From the NCBI GenBank assembly GCA_001275005.1, contig JWZX01003177.1, positions 1 to 38,989 of the forward strand: 38,989 bases of DNA, given 5' to 3'. How positions within the stretch are numbered: position 1 is the first letter of the stretch; the number at the start of each line of letters is the position of its first letter. The stretch comes from Chrysochromulina tobinii. Taxonomy: Eukaryota. This document shows, piece by piece, positions 20,801-29,279 of this stretch. Below the pieces are notes generated by a model. The model did not search any database and was not told the DNA's origin. It saw only the letters and a program-made list of their open reading frames with translations. Both the position numbers and the translations under genes were made by a program.

Positions 20801-23800
20801 AGTCGCCGGAGGCCCCGCAGTTTGATCTCTTCCATGAAGCGTCACCTGATGACGACGAAGTGGCGGCGGCGGCAGAGAGAGACGCCATGGCGCTCCAGGC
20901 GCAGCTCGCAGCAGCGGAGGCGGCAGCAGAGGCAGCAGCTGAGGCAGCCGAAACAGTGGCAAAAGAGGCGGCGGCAGAGGGTATTGGGGAGCCAACGTCA
21001 CAAGAGCCGCCGTCACAAGAGCCGCAACCGCACGAGCCGCAGCTGCAGGAAGCCGAATCGTCACTTGTCGAGCCCACAGATGCCGTTGCGGACGCGTGGT
21101 CGGACAGGGCGGCGGACGAGGCGGCGGACGAGGCGGCGGACGAGGCTGCACCGGCGGAGGACAAGGCGGATGCCGTCAGAGTGGCTGAGAAAGTTGATGG
21201 CGTGGATGAGGAGCAAGAGGACGACAATCTCGAAGAGGACAGTCTGCCGTCGCCGCACGCGTGCCCGAATGAGGCAGAGAAAGACGACGAGGCCCGTGCC
21301 GCCTCAGTGGCGATTGCTGGCTGCACGCAGATGGTAGAGACGCACGAGGAGGCCGGGCCGGAAGACGCGGCAGAGGCGGCGGTTGTGGTGGGCGAGGAGG
21401 TGGACGGAGCCATGGCCGCTATGCAGCAGCAACGAGCTCCGGAGGGCTCCGATGAGGGAGGAGACCCACTGGCCCCGCCGCCTTTCTACGTCTCCGGCGA
21501 TGCCATGCCGTCCGATGCTGTCGCGGGCATGCGTTCTAGTGGGACGTACCGCACACGTCGCGGCGAGGTTCGCCACATCGAAGCCGCCGCCGCTCCGGCC
21601 GTCTCGCAGCCGCCGCCGGCCGCCGCGACCGCCTTTGCGGCCACCGGACCGAGCCCACGCCGCCGCGGCCCCTCGCCTGCGATTGACGAGGAGGAAGAAG
21701 AGCTGCCGCCAACGACGGCCATGGGGCCACCGGGGCCACCGAATCCTGAGGGGGCCCCCGCGCTGCCTCCTCCGCTGGGCAAGGAGGCGATCGTGGCACT
21801 GAAGGTCGACGAGCTGCGCGAGGCGCTGCTCGCACGCGGTCTGCCTTCCGAGGGGCGGAAGAAAGAGCTCGTCAAGCGCCTCTGCGATGCGTGCGAGCCT
21901 CACGTCCAGGCCCAGGGGCAGGCTGCCCAGGCGCACGCGACGGCTGCCGAAGCGGCCACAGTCGCGGCTGCAGCCGAGGAGTATGCGGCAGCCGCGCAGG
22001 CGCTCTTAGCTGCGCAGGAGAAGGCAGCAGCAGCGGAGGCCGATGAGCGAAAGGCAGCAGAGCTGGAACGGAAGGCGGCGGAGAAGAAGGCCGCGGCCGA
22101 GGAGAGGGCATCTCCAAAAATTGCGGAGAAAACGGTAGCGGAGAAGGTAATGGCGGAGAAGGTAGCTGCGGAGAAGGCGGCAGCGCAGAAGGCGGCTGCG
22201 AAGGAGGCGGCAGCGGTGAAGGCCGTAGCGGAGAAGGCGAAGGCTGATCAGGCGAGGGCGGCGAAGGCACCTGCGAAAGCCAACTCCAAAGGCGCCGCCG
22301 CCTCCACCGCCGGCGCCACCTCCGCCGCCGTCGAGCGGCCAGAAACGGCCACGCGCGCATCCAAGCGCGCATTGGACGAGTCGGACGGGCCGCCGCCTGT
22401 TAAGCGGCCGCGCAAGTCGCCAGATCCCAGGAGCGTCTCGCCAGGCAAGCGACCGAGCAAGCCGCCGACGCCCGACGGCAATCCAGCCTCGCCCGGACCG
22501 GAGCCTGCGCCCGCTGACGTGCCCATCGACGCACCGCTGGCTCTGCCGGCGGCTGTGCCAGCATCCACTCCCCTGCCGCCAGCCCCCCCTGCCGTGCAGT
22601 CGCGTCGGACACGTGCTGGGCCAGCCGCTGCTCCGGCCGCCGCCCCGGCCGCTCTCGCCGCCGCTCAGGCCGCCGTCGCCACCGCCGCCGCGCCCGTCTC
22701 CTCCCGTCAGAGTGGCGGCAGCCGAGCGGCGGCCTCGGCGGCCGGAGCGGCGGCCGTCTCCTCCCGTCAGAGTGGCGGCAGCAGAGCGGCGGCCTCGGCG
22801 GCCGGAGTGGCGGCCGTCTCCTCCCGTCAGAGTGGCGGCAGCAGAGCGGCGGCAACGGCGGCCGGAGCGGCGGCCGTCTCCTCCCGTCAGAGTGGCGGCA
22901 GCACAGAGACGGCTCCCGCCGCAGCGGCGCCCGCCCCCACCGTGGCCGCCGCCTCGGAAGCACCCGCCTCGGCGCGCAGCAAGCGGCCGTTGAACGCCAC
23001 CTCGGACGGTGTGGCACAGGCCAACGCGGCGCCGGGCGCCACCGCCGCCGCTGGCTCAGGCGGCGCCGGTGCACCTCCCTCCAAGAAGCGCAAGGCGAGC
23101 GATCTGGTCGCCGCGGCGACGACCGCCCCAGCCGGGCCGACCATCGATGAGAATCCCGAGGCAGTGCTGCCACCGCCCAAGCGTGGACGCCGAGCCGACG
23201 GGAGCACAGCGGCGCCGGTGCCGGCAACCACAGCAGCAGTCCCGCCGCCGGCCTCAGCGGCGATGCCCATGGAGCCTGAAGGGCGGCGAAACCACCGCGG
23301 CGGCAGCAGCGGTGCGGTAGCCGCCACTGCCCCCGTCGCGACCGCCGCGACCGCCGCCGCGCCTGCCCCCGCCGCCAGCGCCGCCGCGAGCGCTCGCGGT
23401 GCGGCCTCCTCCACGCCTGTAGCGCAGGGCAGCGGGGGTCTCGGGAGCGCGGGCAAGCGGCGGCACGGCCCGCTGGCAGTGGTGGCTTTCTCGGGCTTCG
23501 ACGAGGGTCCGCGCAAGGAGGCGATGAAATCGACCATCCTTGGGCTGCGTGGGCGCGTCGTCAAAGACGACGACGAGGTGGCCACGTGTACGCACGTGGT
23601 GGTCGCTAAGCCAGTCAAGCGCACGACCAAGCTGCTCATCGGCGTCTCAGTGCCATCTGCCGTACTCGTAGACGAGCGTTGGGTGCGTGCGTGCCACAGC
23701 GCGGGCCACTTTGTCGACGGCGCGCCGTACTATCTCGAGGGAGAGCACTCGTCGAGCAACCCGGAGGGGGCCCAGTGGACGTTTGACGCAACCGTCAGCC

Positions 23801-24099
23801 GGCAGCGGCGCCGAGAGGGTGGCTGCCTCGCTGGCCTGCACTTTTACGTGACCGACGAGGTGAAGCCCCGACCCGAGCAACTCAAGCTCATCCTCGAGCA
23901 GGCGGGCGGCACAGTGCTCACCAAGGCGCCGTCCGCCAAGGACGCGCACGAGACGCTCGTCGTCACTACCGAGGCGGAGAAGAAGTCGTGGCAGCGCCTC
24001 GCCAAGCTACCGCGCGTCAAGGCGCTGCGAGTCGACCATGTGCTCGACGGTGTCCTGCAGCAGCAGCTCGACACCGAGAGCGGCCAGCTTGAGCCATGA
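17830..24099 (+). CDS. FHA + acidic SQ/TQ-rich region + SAP + C-terminal tandem BRCT protein (MDC1-like DNA-damage mediator)
   Basis: FHA: FSVGRQASCDVPIDHPSVGAHH...NPTKI. SAP: LKVDELREALLARGLPSEGRKKELVKRL. BRCTs: VAFSGF...CTHVV...KRTTKLL...LVDERWV and LHFYVT...LKLILEQAGGTV...VLDGVLQQQL. Confidence 0.85.
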   Translation: MAETVSQGEPFPEPPLLEVLDARGEPVDTCILDLAEKDTGPPWLFSVGRQASCDVPIDHPSVGAHHLDVAFTMLGGVLCIKLVPVDHANPTKIKSMVLPPGRRFTVRSQQVFKVGDVSCRIVLPMQPSSPTSALSGGYPFSAEVASASMPPTPAVQIEADSSAVQAGGSTQGQGYSEQMREEIEQAEDNSGGGATELDVAAAAAAAAAQLTGSGSSCDDDEDRDGREEEEEEEEEQFAMGGTQVVEMGCTQLDAAALALQYDEDDAQVDGAAAGSDDEDGVSSVAEATRAAAWDGEDDGAVTEEEPDLSQLKVAAEPAAGVSSADAEHVFEATQPDPAAVATALDMALGKAPMDEMEEMEEAYAESDAPLSGLGATQLEAAEVDETAAEGAGDTATDVPMHAAQMMEHGAVFEAAHARAGPSETEWAPTAAPCAPAPSPEWAPAAPPAGAVPAPLPHAPAAAADENVTQRSPLAEPQDTQEGVATKEAAAAAAAKAAVAEAVVNTAAATQVADRAAAALAMAVAAAAAMADTNSVEEGPQAQVDSMVSPGELDELPMSSEQLMSSQQLLECEQLPNHAPASGGALRHVSRQCASAVWQESGESAVSSPPAPASTDCWSQQTDAELAALGMPQLGEGPMEPAVANAAKGEATSGAAGTAATASAGTVANAVGAGEGLGCDEKLSQGMSQGSVFGVATGLQPQASSVTTATTAAAAAAAAAAAAAASYTHSPSGLRGSPENAVWHPASLFGGDESASQQPEAEAAGAEVTRAAELVEAASESVAGESATPAASQESAAYPNSFGDDDAGGLEEDDNAGADGAAMHATDQKEGERAEGIDEAQEATVAEEVAAAAAEAGEADEADEAEEAEEAEEEMPEVEQNATIDYEMEDVDNGAAPYVASQGPAFSQRNPNFYGDPELVHRGDFYARGEVQDDEEGEVSEEERRAAEDNHASTPGSMGGSMPPPPQQKPREPRASEAAGRIPETPEHGVGQSPEAPQFDLFHEASPDDDEVAAAAERDAMALQAQLAAAEAAAEAAAEAAETVAKEAAAEGIGEPTSQEPPSQEPQPHEPQLQEAESSLVEPTDAVADAWSDRAADEAADEAADEAAPAEDKADAVRVAEKVDGVDEEQEDDNLEEDSLPSPHACPNEAEKDDEARAASVAIAGCTQMVETHEEAGPEDAAEAAVVVGEEVDGAMAAMQQQRAPEGSDEGGDPLAPPPFYVSGDAMPSDAVAGMRSSGTYRTRRGEVRHIEAAAAPAVSQPPPAAATAFAATGPSPRRRGPSPAIDEEEEELPPTTAMGPPGPPNPEGAPALPPPLGKEAIVALKVDELREALLARGLPSEGRKKELVKRLCDACEPHVQAQGQAAQAHATAAEAATVAAAAEEYAAAAQALLAAQEKAAAAEADERKAAELERKAAEKKAAAEERASPKIAEKTVAEKVMAEKVAAEKAAAQKAAAKEAAAVKAVAEKAKADQARAAKAPAKANSKGAAASTAGATSAAVERPETATRASKRALDESDGPPPVKRPRKSPDPRSVSPGKRPSKPPTPDGNPASPGPEPAPADVPIDAPLALPAAVPASTPLPPAPPAVQSRRTRAGPAAAPAAAPAALAAAQAAVATAAAPVSSRQSGGSRAAASAAGAAAVSSRQSGGSRAAASAAGVAAVSSRQSGGSRAAATAAGAAAVSSRQSGGSTETAPAAAAPAPTVAAASEAPASARSKRPLNATSDGVAQANAAPGATAAAGSGGAGAPPSKKRKASDLVAAATTAPAGPTIDENPEAVLPPPKRGRRADGSTAAPVPATTAAVPPPASAAMPMEPEGRRNHRGGSSGAVAATAPVATAATAAAPAPAASAAASARGAASSTPVAQGSGGLGSAGKRRHGPLAVVAFSGFDEGPRKEAMKSTILGLRGRVVKDDDEVATCTHVVVAKPVKRTTKLLIGVSVPSAVLVDERWVRACHSAGHFVDGAPYYLEGEHSSSNPEGAQWTFDATVSRQRRREGGCLAGLHFYVTDEVKPRPEQLKLILEQAGGTVLTKAPSAKDAHETLVVTTEAEKKSWQRLAKLPRVKALRVDHVLDGVLQQQLDTESGQLEP
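22694..22903 (+). repeat. 60-bp coding tandem repeat, 3.5 copies (VSSRQSGGSRAAASAAGAAA)
   Basis: Near-identical units start at 22694, 22754, 22814 and 22874. Confidence 0.95.
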
Positions 24100-24489
24100 G
24101 GTAGCGTTACGGACTCCGACTTGAGCGATGTGAGGAAAGTGCATTACGAGCCCTCGTATGAGCTACTCGCGAGCTGCCGAATACGCCTGTAGACTTCGGC
24201 CAAGGTCTGGGCGGGGCGGCGTACGGACTACTACTCATCCCCTTCGACGCGAGTCGCCCTGCTCGACCTCGAGAGTTCACCCGGGTCAGGTCCGGTTCGG
24301 TCCGCGGATGGTATCATTCTCGGTGCCTTGTGCTTTCAGCTTTCCGGGATCGAATATATTTTTCTTTCTTGTGTCGATTTCTTGTGAGTCCGAGTCTTTC
24401 TACTTAAAGTTTTGTTTATCTGACAGAGTTTATCCGACTCGCGTTTGAATTCAGAAACTTCAGCTATAACTCAGATATGAAATTTCATA

Positions 24490-26823
24490 TTACGCCAGTG
24501 TGGGGACTCCGGCCGGATCGACGCGGTTGCCTCCCGGGCGCCACACTTTGAATTTGCCTCCGGTTTTGCCGAGCGTGTTTGCGAGATTGTGTAGCGCGGA
24601 CGCAACGTCGCCGCGTCCGACGCGCCGGCAGTACGCCGCCGCCTTCTCCATCTTGCGAGCTTTCTCGGCCGGGTCACCAATCACCTCTTCCCACGTGGAC
24701 GGGTGCGCGAGGCGCGAGAGGGCCTGCCTTTGCGCGTCGACGGCGGCGGAGGTGGAGGCGCCGAACTTTTCGGGGTTGTTGTAGTACGACTGCTCATAGC
24801 GCTTGTGCGTGTTCGCGAGCGCGCGAAGCCGGCCGAGCGCCTTCTCGGGCACCTCGCAGCTCTTCATGTCGTCTAGGTACGTGTCGATGAGCAGCAGGTG
24901 CGAGCGCTTGAGCCGCGTGAGGATCTCCTGCAGCGTCTCGGTCTCGCCTTGCACCGCGAGCTGGAGCTCGACGATCACGCACGTGCCGTCGACGCGCGAG
25001 CCGAGCAGCTCGTGAGCCGTGCCCGGCACGAAGCACGTCTCGCGCTCGTGCGGGTACTGGCTGAGCCAGCTGAGTTCGGCACCGCGCGAGGTGAGCCCCG
25101 TGTGTAACTCGAGCACCATGCGCTTCGCTGATCCGTCGGCCGCGTCGACGGCTTCGGACGCGTACTTCATCGCCTGCTCCGCGTCTGTGGTCGCCGAGAG
25201 GAACCCGAGCTCGATGCCGCCACGGCTCGCTTCCTCCGATTCCTTGGTGCCCGCGGCCGGCCGCTTCCACAGCCAGTGCGGCACAGAGGAGGAGGAGACG
25301 CCCCGATAGACCGTGTGCGCCGTCCCGATTTGGGAGAGCTTGAGCACGGCCGAGCGGAGTGCATGCAACGAGGTCGTGTACGGGTTGCCGCGGCAGAGCG
25401 CCATGAACGCATCGTGCGCGCCCGTGCCCTCGCCCTCGATCCGGCCGCGCAGCACGGCATTATATTTCGCATGCATCGGGCCTGTGTACAGGCGCGCGGC
25501 AATCACCTCGGCGTCGAGGAGCGGCTCGACGCCAGCCGCGCGCAGCCGACCACTGAGGCCCAACTGGCGCATCTCGCCAAGTATGGATTGGAGAGAGCGC
25601 GGCTGGCGCATCCGGTCAGGCGCGACGAGCCCGGCCTCCTGCGGATAGCCCGACGGTCCGAGGCGCACGACGGCTCGCCCGCCGCCGACCACCTCGCCGC
25701 TCAACTCGGTCTTGATGTCGAGCTGCTTGCTCAGCCCTTCGGCGGGGTCGACTACGAACCACCACTCGATGCGCGACGTCGTGGTGACCAGGTAGGTCGC
25801 GTCCACAAAGGGCATCGCCGCGTCGGACGCCTCGCAATGCTCCGCGAGCATGGTCTCGAGCACGCGCTTCTCCGGGGGCCCGATCACGCTCTCGAGCCGC
25901 CGCCCCTTGGAGCCCTTGGCTGCGCGCTCCGTGCCCGGCGTGAGCGTGCCGTCGCTCTCGAGCAGCGCCACGTACTTGCCGCACACCTCATTCTGCCGAG
26001 GTGGCACGCGGTCGCCCATTCGCAACAGGTCCCTGTGGATCGCGCGCGCCACGTCCTTGAGCAGTTGGAGCTCGTTGAAGCTCAGCAGCTGGAGCAGCGC
26101 ATCATACCCGCCGTTCGAGGACGCGAGCGTGCGCACAAAGGAGAGCTCGGTCGGCATCGGATCTGACGGGTGCAGCTCGCCCAGCGGCTGCAGCAGCGCC
26201 TCCGACACGAGCGAGAGCAGCCGCGTCGTGCCCAGCCATGTCTGCAGCCTCCACGGCGGGCCGCTCAGCTCCTCCTCCGCGTGGCCGGCGTCCGCCGTGC
26301 GAGCTGGCGAGCGCGCCGAGCCAGAGCCCGGCTTGACGGCGTCCTTGGCGTGCGTCGCGCGCCGGATGGCTTGGATGCTGGCTTCAGGAATGGGCATGAT
26401 GCCGGGCGTCCGTTCGATGATGCGCGCGTACGTCTCATTCTCAGTGCGCACGCGCGTGAACTCGAGCCTCAAAGCCGCATGCTTCTCACTGAGCTGATCG
26501 AACTCGGCCTGCAGCTTCTCGAGCTCGAGCGTGCGGGTGCCAAGGTGTCTCGCAAAATCATCGCGCTCAAGCTTGAGCCTCTCAGCGTGCTTCTCAAGGT
26601 GCTCGATCTGCTCACCACAAGCCGTCAGGTCGTTGTCCCGCGCATTAAGCTCCTCGCTGCGCAGCCGCAGCATGGCGCTGAGCTCCTCCGTCTTTCGCAG
26701 CACGCTTATGTCGCCGACGGGCGGCGACGGTGCGTCTCGATGCGCAGCCTCGCCCTTCTTACCCTTGCCTTTGAGCGCAGGCGCGGCGCGGTGGCCGCCA
26801 GGCGCGGGCGCTACCTTCGGCAT
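24490..26823 (-). CDS. Coiled-coil + mono-ADP-ribosyltransferase (R-S-E, cholera-toxin-like/ARTC fold) protein
   Basis: ARLYTGPM, VYRG (R), GFLSATTD (S-x-T) and LSQYPHERETCF (E-x-E). N-terminal heptad coiled coil. The likely start is MPKVAP at 26823; the upstream extension of the ORF is antisense to the next gene. Confidence 0.85.
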   Translation of the reverse strand: MPKVAPAPGGHRAAPALKGKGKKGEAAHRDAPSPPVGDISVLRKTEELSAMLRLRSEELNARDNDLTACGEQIEHLEKHAERLKLERDDFARHLGTRTLELEKLQAEFDQLSEKHAALRLEFTRVRTENETYARIIERTPGIMPIPEASIQAIRRATHAKDAVKPGSGSARSPARTADAGHAEEELSGPPWRLQTWLGTTRLLSLVSEALLQPLGELHPSDPMPTELSFVRTLASSNGGYDALLQLLSFNELQLLKDVARAIHRDLLRMGDRVPPRQNEVCGKYVALLESDGTLTPGTERAAKGSKGRRLESVIGPPEKRVLETMLAEHCEASDAAMPFVDATYLVTTTSRIEWWFVVDPAEGLSKQLDIKTELSGEVVGGGRAVVRLGPSGYPQEAGLVAPDRMRQPRSLQSILGEMRQLGLSGRLRAAGVEPLLDAEVIAARLYTGPMHAKYNAVLRGRIEGEGTGAHDAFMALCRGNPYTTSLHALRSAVLKLSQIGTAHTVYRGVSSSSVPHWLWKRPAAGTKESEEASRGGIELGFLSATTDAEQAMKYASEAVDAADGSAKRMVLELHTGLTSRGAELSWLSQYPHERETCFVPGTAHELLGSRVDGTCVIVELQLAVQGETETLQEILTRLKRSHLLLIDTYLDDMKSCEVPEKALGRLRALANTHKRYEQSYYNNPEKFGASTSAAVDAQRQALSRLAHPSTWEEVIGDPAEKARKMEKAAAYCRRVGRGDVASALHNLANTLGKTGGKFKVWRPGGNRVDPAGVPTLA

Positions 26824-27043
26824 TGGGGCTGCAGCGCCTCGTCGTGTGGCGCAACACACCGCTGGCTGACGACCCGTGCGAGGGCAGCGTGAGAGCGGAC
26901 GCCGTCTCGTCGCATCGAAACTGATCCGAAAAAGGGTTTTCGGAACCTTTTCACAGACTCCAGGAGAGGCAGAGTGAAAATACACAGGATGCCCAATTGC
27001 TGTCGACATCGGCGGGCCGTCCGCGCCGTCATCGGCCGTCTCG

Positions 27044-28840
27044 ATGACGAGTGAAATCACGGTGCTTAGAGAGATCGAGATGGCGTCCCGCCAAACCCCG
27101 CTGGCCGATCGCGTGGCGCTCACGTTGGAGCGCCACGCCAAAGAGCTCTGTGAGCTCACAAATCGTCGCATGAGCGCTGACGAGAGTGAGGCCGTCGCGC
27201 TCGCGATCCCAAGCCTCGTGCAGCTTCTCAAGGGCGGCCATGGAGCCTCGGCAGCTGCACTGGCGATTGACCACCTTGCCGCCAACAGCGCCGCGAACTC
27301 GAACGCCATCCGCGAGGCGGGCGCCATCGCGCCACTCGTGGCGCTGCTGCAGGCGGGCGCTGGCTCGGCGGCGGCGACGAATGCGGCGGGCGCGCTGTGG
27401 AACCTCGCCAGCTCAAACGACGCCCGGAACGCCATCCGCGAGGCGGGCGCCATCGCGCCGCTCGTGGCGCTGCTGCAGGCGGGTGCTGGCTCGGCGGCGG
27501 CGACGAATGCGGCGGGCGCGCTGACGAACCTCGCCAACTCAAACGACACCAACAAGAACGCCATCCGTGAGGCGGGCGCCATCGCGCCGCTCGTGGCGCT
27601 GCTGCAGGCGGGCGCTGGCTCGGCGGCGGCGACGAATGCGGCGGTCATGCTGGGGAACCTCGCCAACTCAAACGACACCAACCAGAACGCCATCCGCGAG
27701 GCGGGCGCCATCGCGCCGCTCGTGGCGCTGCTGCAGGCGGGCGCTGGCTCGGCGGCGGCGACGTATGCGGTACGCGTGCTGGGGAACCTCGCCAGCTCAA
27801 ACGACACCATCAAGAACGCCATCCGTGAGGCGGGCGCCATCGCGCCGCTCGTGGCGCTGCTGCAGGCGGGCGCTGGCTCGGAGGCGGCGACGATTGCGGC
27901 AGGCGCGCTGGCGAACCTCGCCAGCTCAAACGACACCATCAAGAACGCCATCCGCGAGGCGGGCGCCATCGCGCCGCTCGTGGCGCTGCTGCAGGCGGGC
28001 GCTGGCTCGGCGGCGGCGAGGTATGCGGCGGACGCGCTGTGGAATCTCTCGGACAGCCTCAATTGTTGCCAAGCCATCCTCGCCGCCCTCACCGACACTG
28101 CCACGCCTCTTGACGCCTTCCCTTCCCTTCAGCAGAAGCTCCGCTCAATTTCGACGGCGCGGCTGCTGCGCACCGAGGCGGGCGAGGATGCTGCTGCACT
28201 GGAGGCGGCGCTGGCGATGGCGACGGCCATGGGCGCGTCAGATGAGGCGGTGACAGCACGCGTGCACTTGCGGCTTGTTGAGCTGCGGACGGCGGCGACG
28301 CGGCGCGCGCGGCGCGAGTCTGTTGGGCTGAACGTGCCGCTGCCTGCCGATTTCACATGTCCGATCACGTACGACAAGATGAAGGATCCGGTCGTCGCAT
28401 CCGATGGCCATTCCTACGAGCGCAGCGCGATTGAGGAGATTCTCCGCGGCCCGCACCCGCTCAGCCCGCTCACGCGCGCGACGCTCGGTACAGCGCTGGT
28501 GCCAAACCTCAACCTGCGGCGGCGCATCGAGGAGCACGAGGCGGAGCTCGATCGGATGGCCGAGCAGATGGCGGCGCGCATGGCCGGCGTGGCTGCCGAG
28601 GCCGAGGAGAAGGCAGCGGCCGCCATGGCAGCAGCGAAGGCGGAGGCAGTGGCGGCGAAGGCTGAGGCGGAGGCGGCGATGGCGGCCACCAAGGCGGAGG
28701 CGGAGGCGGAGATTGAGGCGCTGCGGCAGCAGCTCAAGGCCAATAAGCGAGGCCGTGCGGGTGTGGAGGGCGAGGATGAAGACGACGAGGAGGGGCAGCA
28801 CGCGCCCAAGCGGCGCGCGTCGTCGCGGCGTTCTGCGTAG
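27044..28840 (+). CDS. Armadillo-repeat protein with C-terminal U-box (E3 ubiquitin ligase), coiled coil and basic tail
   Basis: About 7 ARM repeats (AGAIAPLVALL...AAGALWNLA). U-box PADFTCPITYDKMKDPVVASDGHSYERSAI...SPLTR...LVPNLNLRRRI. Tail PKRRASSRR. Confidence 0.93.
   Translation: MTSEITVLREIEMASRQTPLADRVALTLERHAKELCELTNRRMSADESEAVALAIPSLVQLLKGGHGASAAALAIDHLAANSAANSNAIREAGAIAPLVALLQAGAGSAAATNAAGALWNLASSNDARNAIREAGAIAPLVALLQAGAGSAAATNAAGALTNLANSNDTNKNAIREAGAIAPLVALLQAGAGSAAATNAAVMLGNLANSNDTNQNAIREAGAIAPLVALLQAGAGSAAATYAVRVLGNLASSNDTIKNAIREAGAIAPLVALLQAGAGSEAATIAAGALANLASSNDTIKNAIREAGAIAPLVALLQAGAGSAAARYAADALWNLSDSLNCCQAILAALTDTATPLDAFPSLQQKLRSISTARLLRTEAGEDAAALEAALAMATAMGASDEAVTARVHLRLVELRTAATRRARRESVGLNVPLPADFTCPITYDKMKDPVVASDGHSYERSAIEEILRGPHPLSPLTRATLGTALVPNLNLRRRIEEHEAELDRMAEQMAARMAGVAAEAEEKAAAAMAAAKAEAVAAKAEAEAAMAATKAEAEAEIEALRQQLKANKRGRAGVEGEDEDDEEGQHAPKRRASSRRSA
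27302..28047 (+). repeat. 129-bp near-identical tandem array (about 5.8 units; the first is 126 bp) encoding ARM repeats
   Basis: Units start at 27302, 27428, 27557, 27686, 27815 and 27944. Confidence 0.97.
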
Positions 28841-29279
28841 AGTAGCGCCCGCGGGAGCGCGTAGGCGTGGGCGGGGCTCGGTGACAACTCAAGCTAGTGG
28901 ACCGTAAGGCCCTACGCGGAGACGAGCGTAGTCGGACCGAGCATGTCGGAACGCGCGTCGTCGTGGGCGTTCCCCGGTAGCCCGATTCGAAGACGGCACG
29001 TCCCACGTCGACGTCGCTTTTGAGATGTTACTGTGTGAGATGAGAGTAGTGAGTACGTCGCGCGCCGTGAACCGTAACCGTGCCGTGCCGTGAACCGGCG
29101 GGATGCGATCGGATGAGCGATGCGGATCCAACCCACCAAGCGGGCTCGCCGTGACCCGTGTGAATGCAGAACGAATGCAGTGCACTGTAACCCGGCGCCC
29201 CCGGTGTCTTTTATTCGGGACCCGGCAGAAAAGTCCAGACATTCTTCAAGAACACCCGACGGGGAGTGAGGCCGCCTTG

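Noticed and set aside
27302..28047. CRISPR-like or TAL-effector-like array
   Set aside because: There are no unique spacers. Units are in-frame 43-aa armadillo repeats, not 34-aa TALE repeats.
26824..28104. Upstream extension of the ART ORF (1204-aa call) running antisense through the ARM array
   Set aside because: The repeated AAEPAPACSSATSGAMAPASRMAF text is the antisense shadow of the ARM repeats. One stop-free GC-rich unit repeated six times explains the open frame. Strand-specific RNA-seq would settle it.
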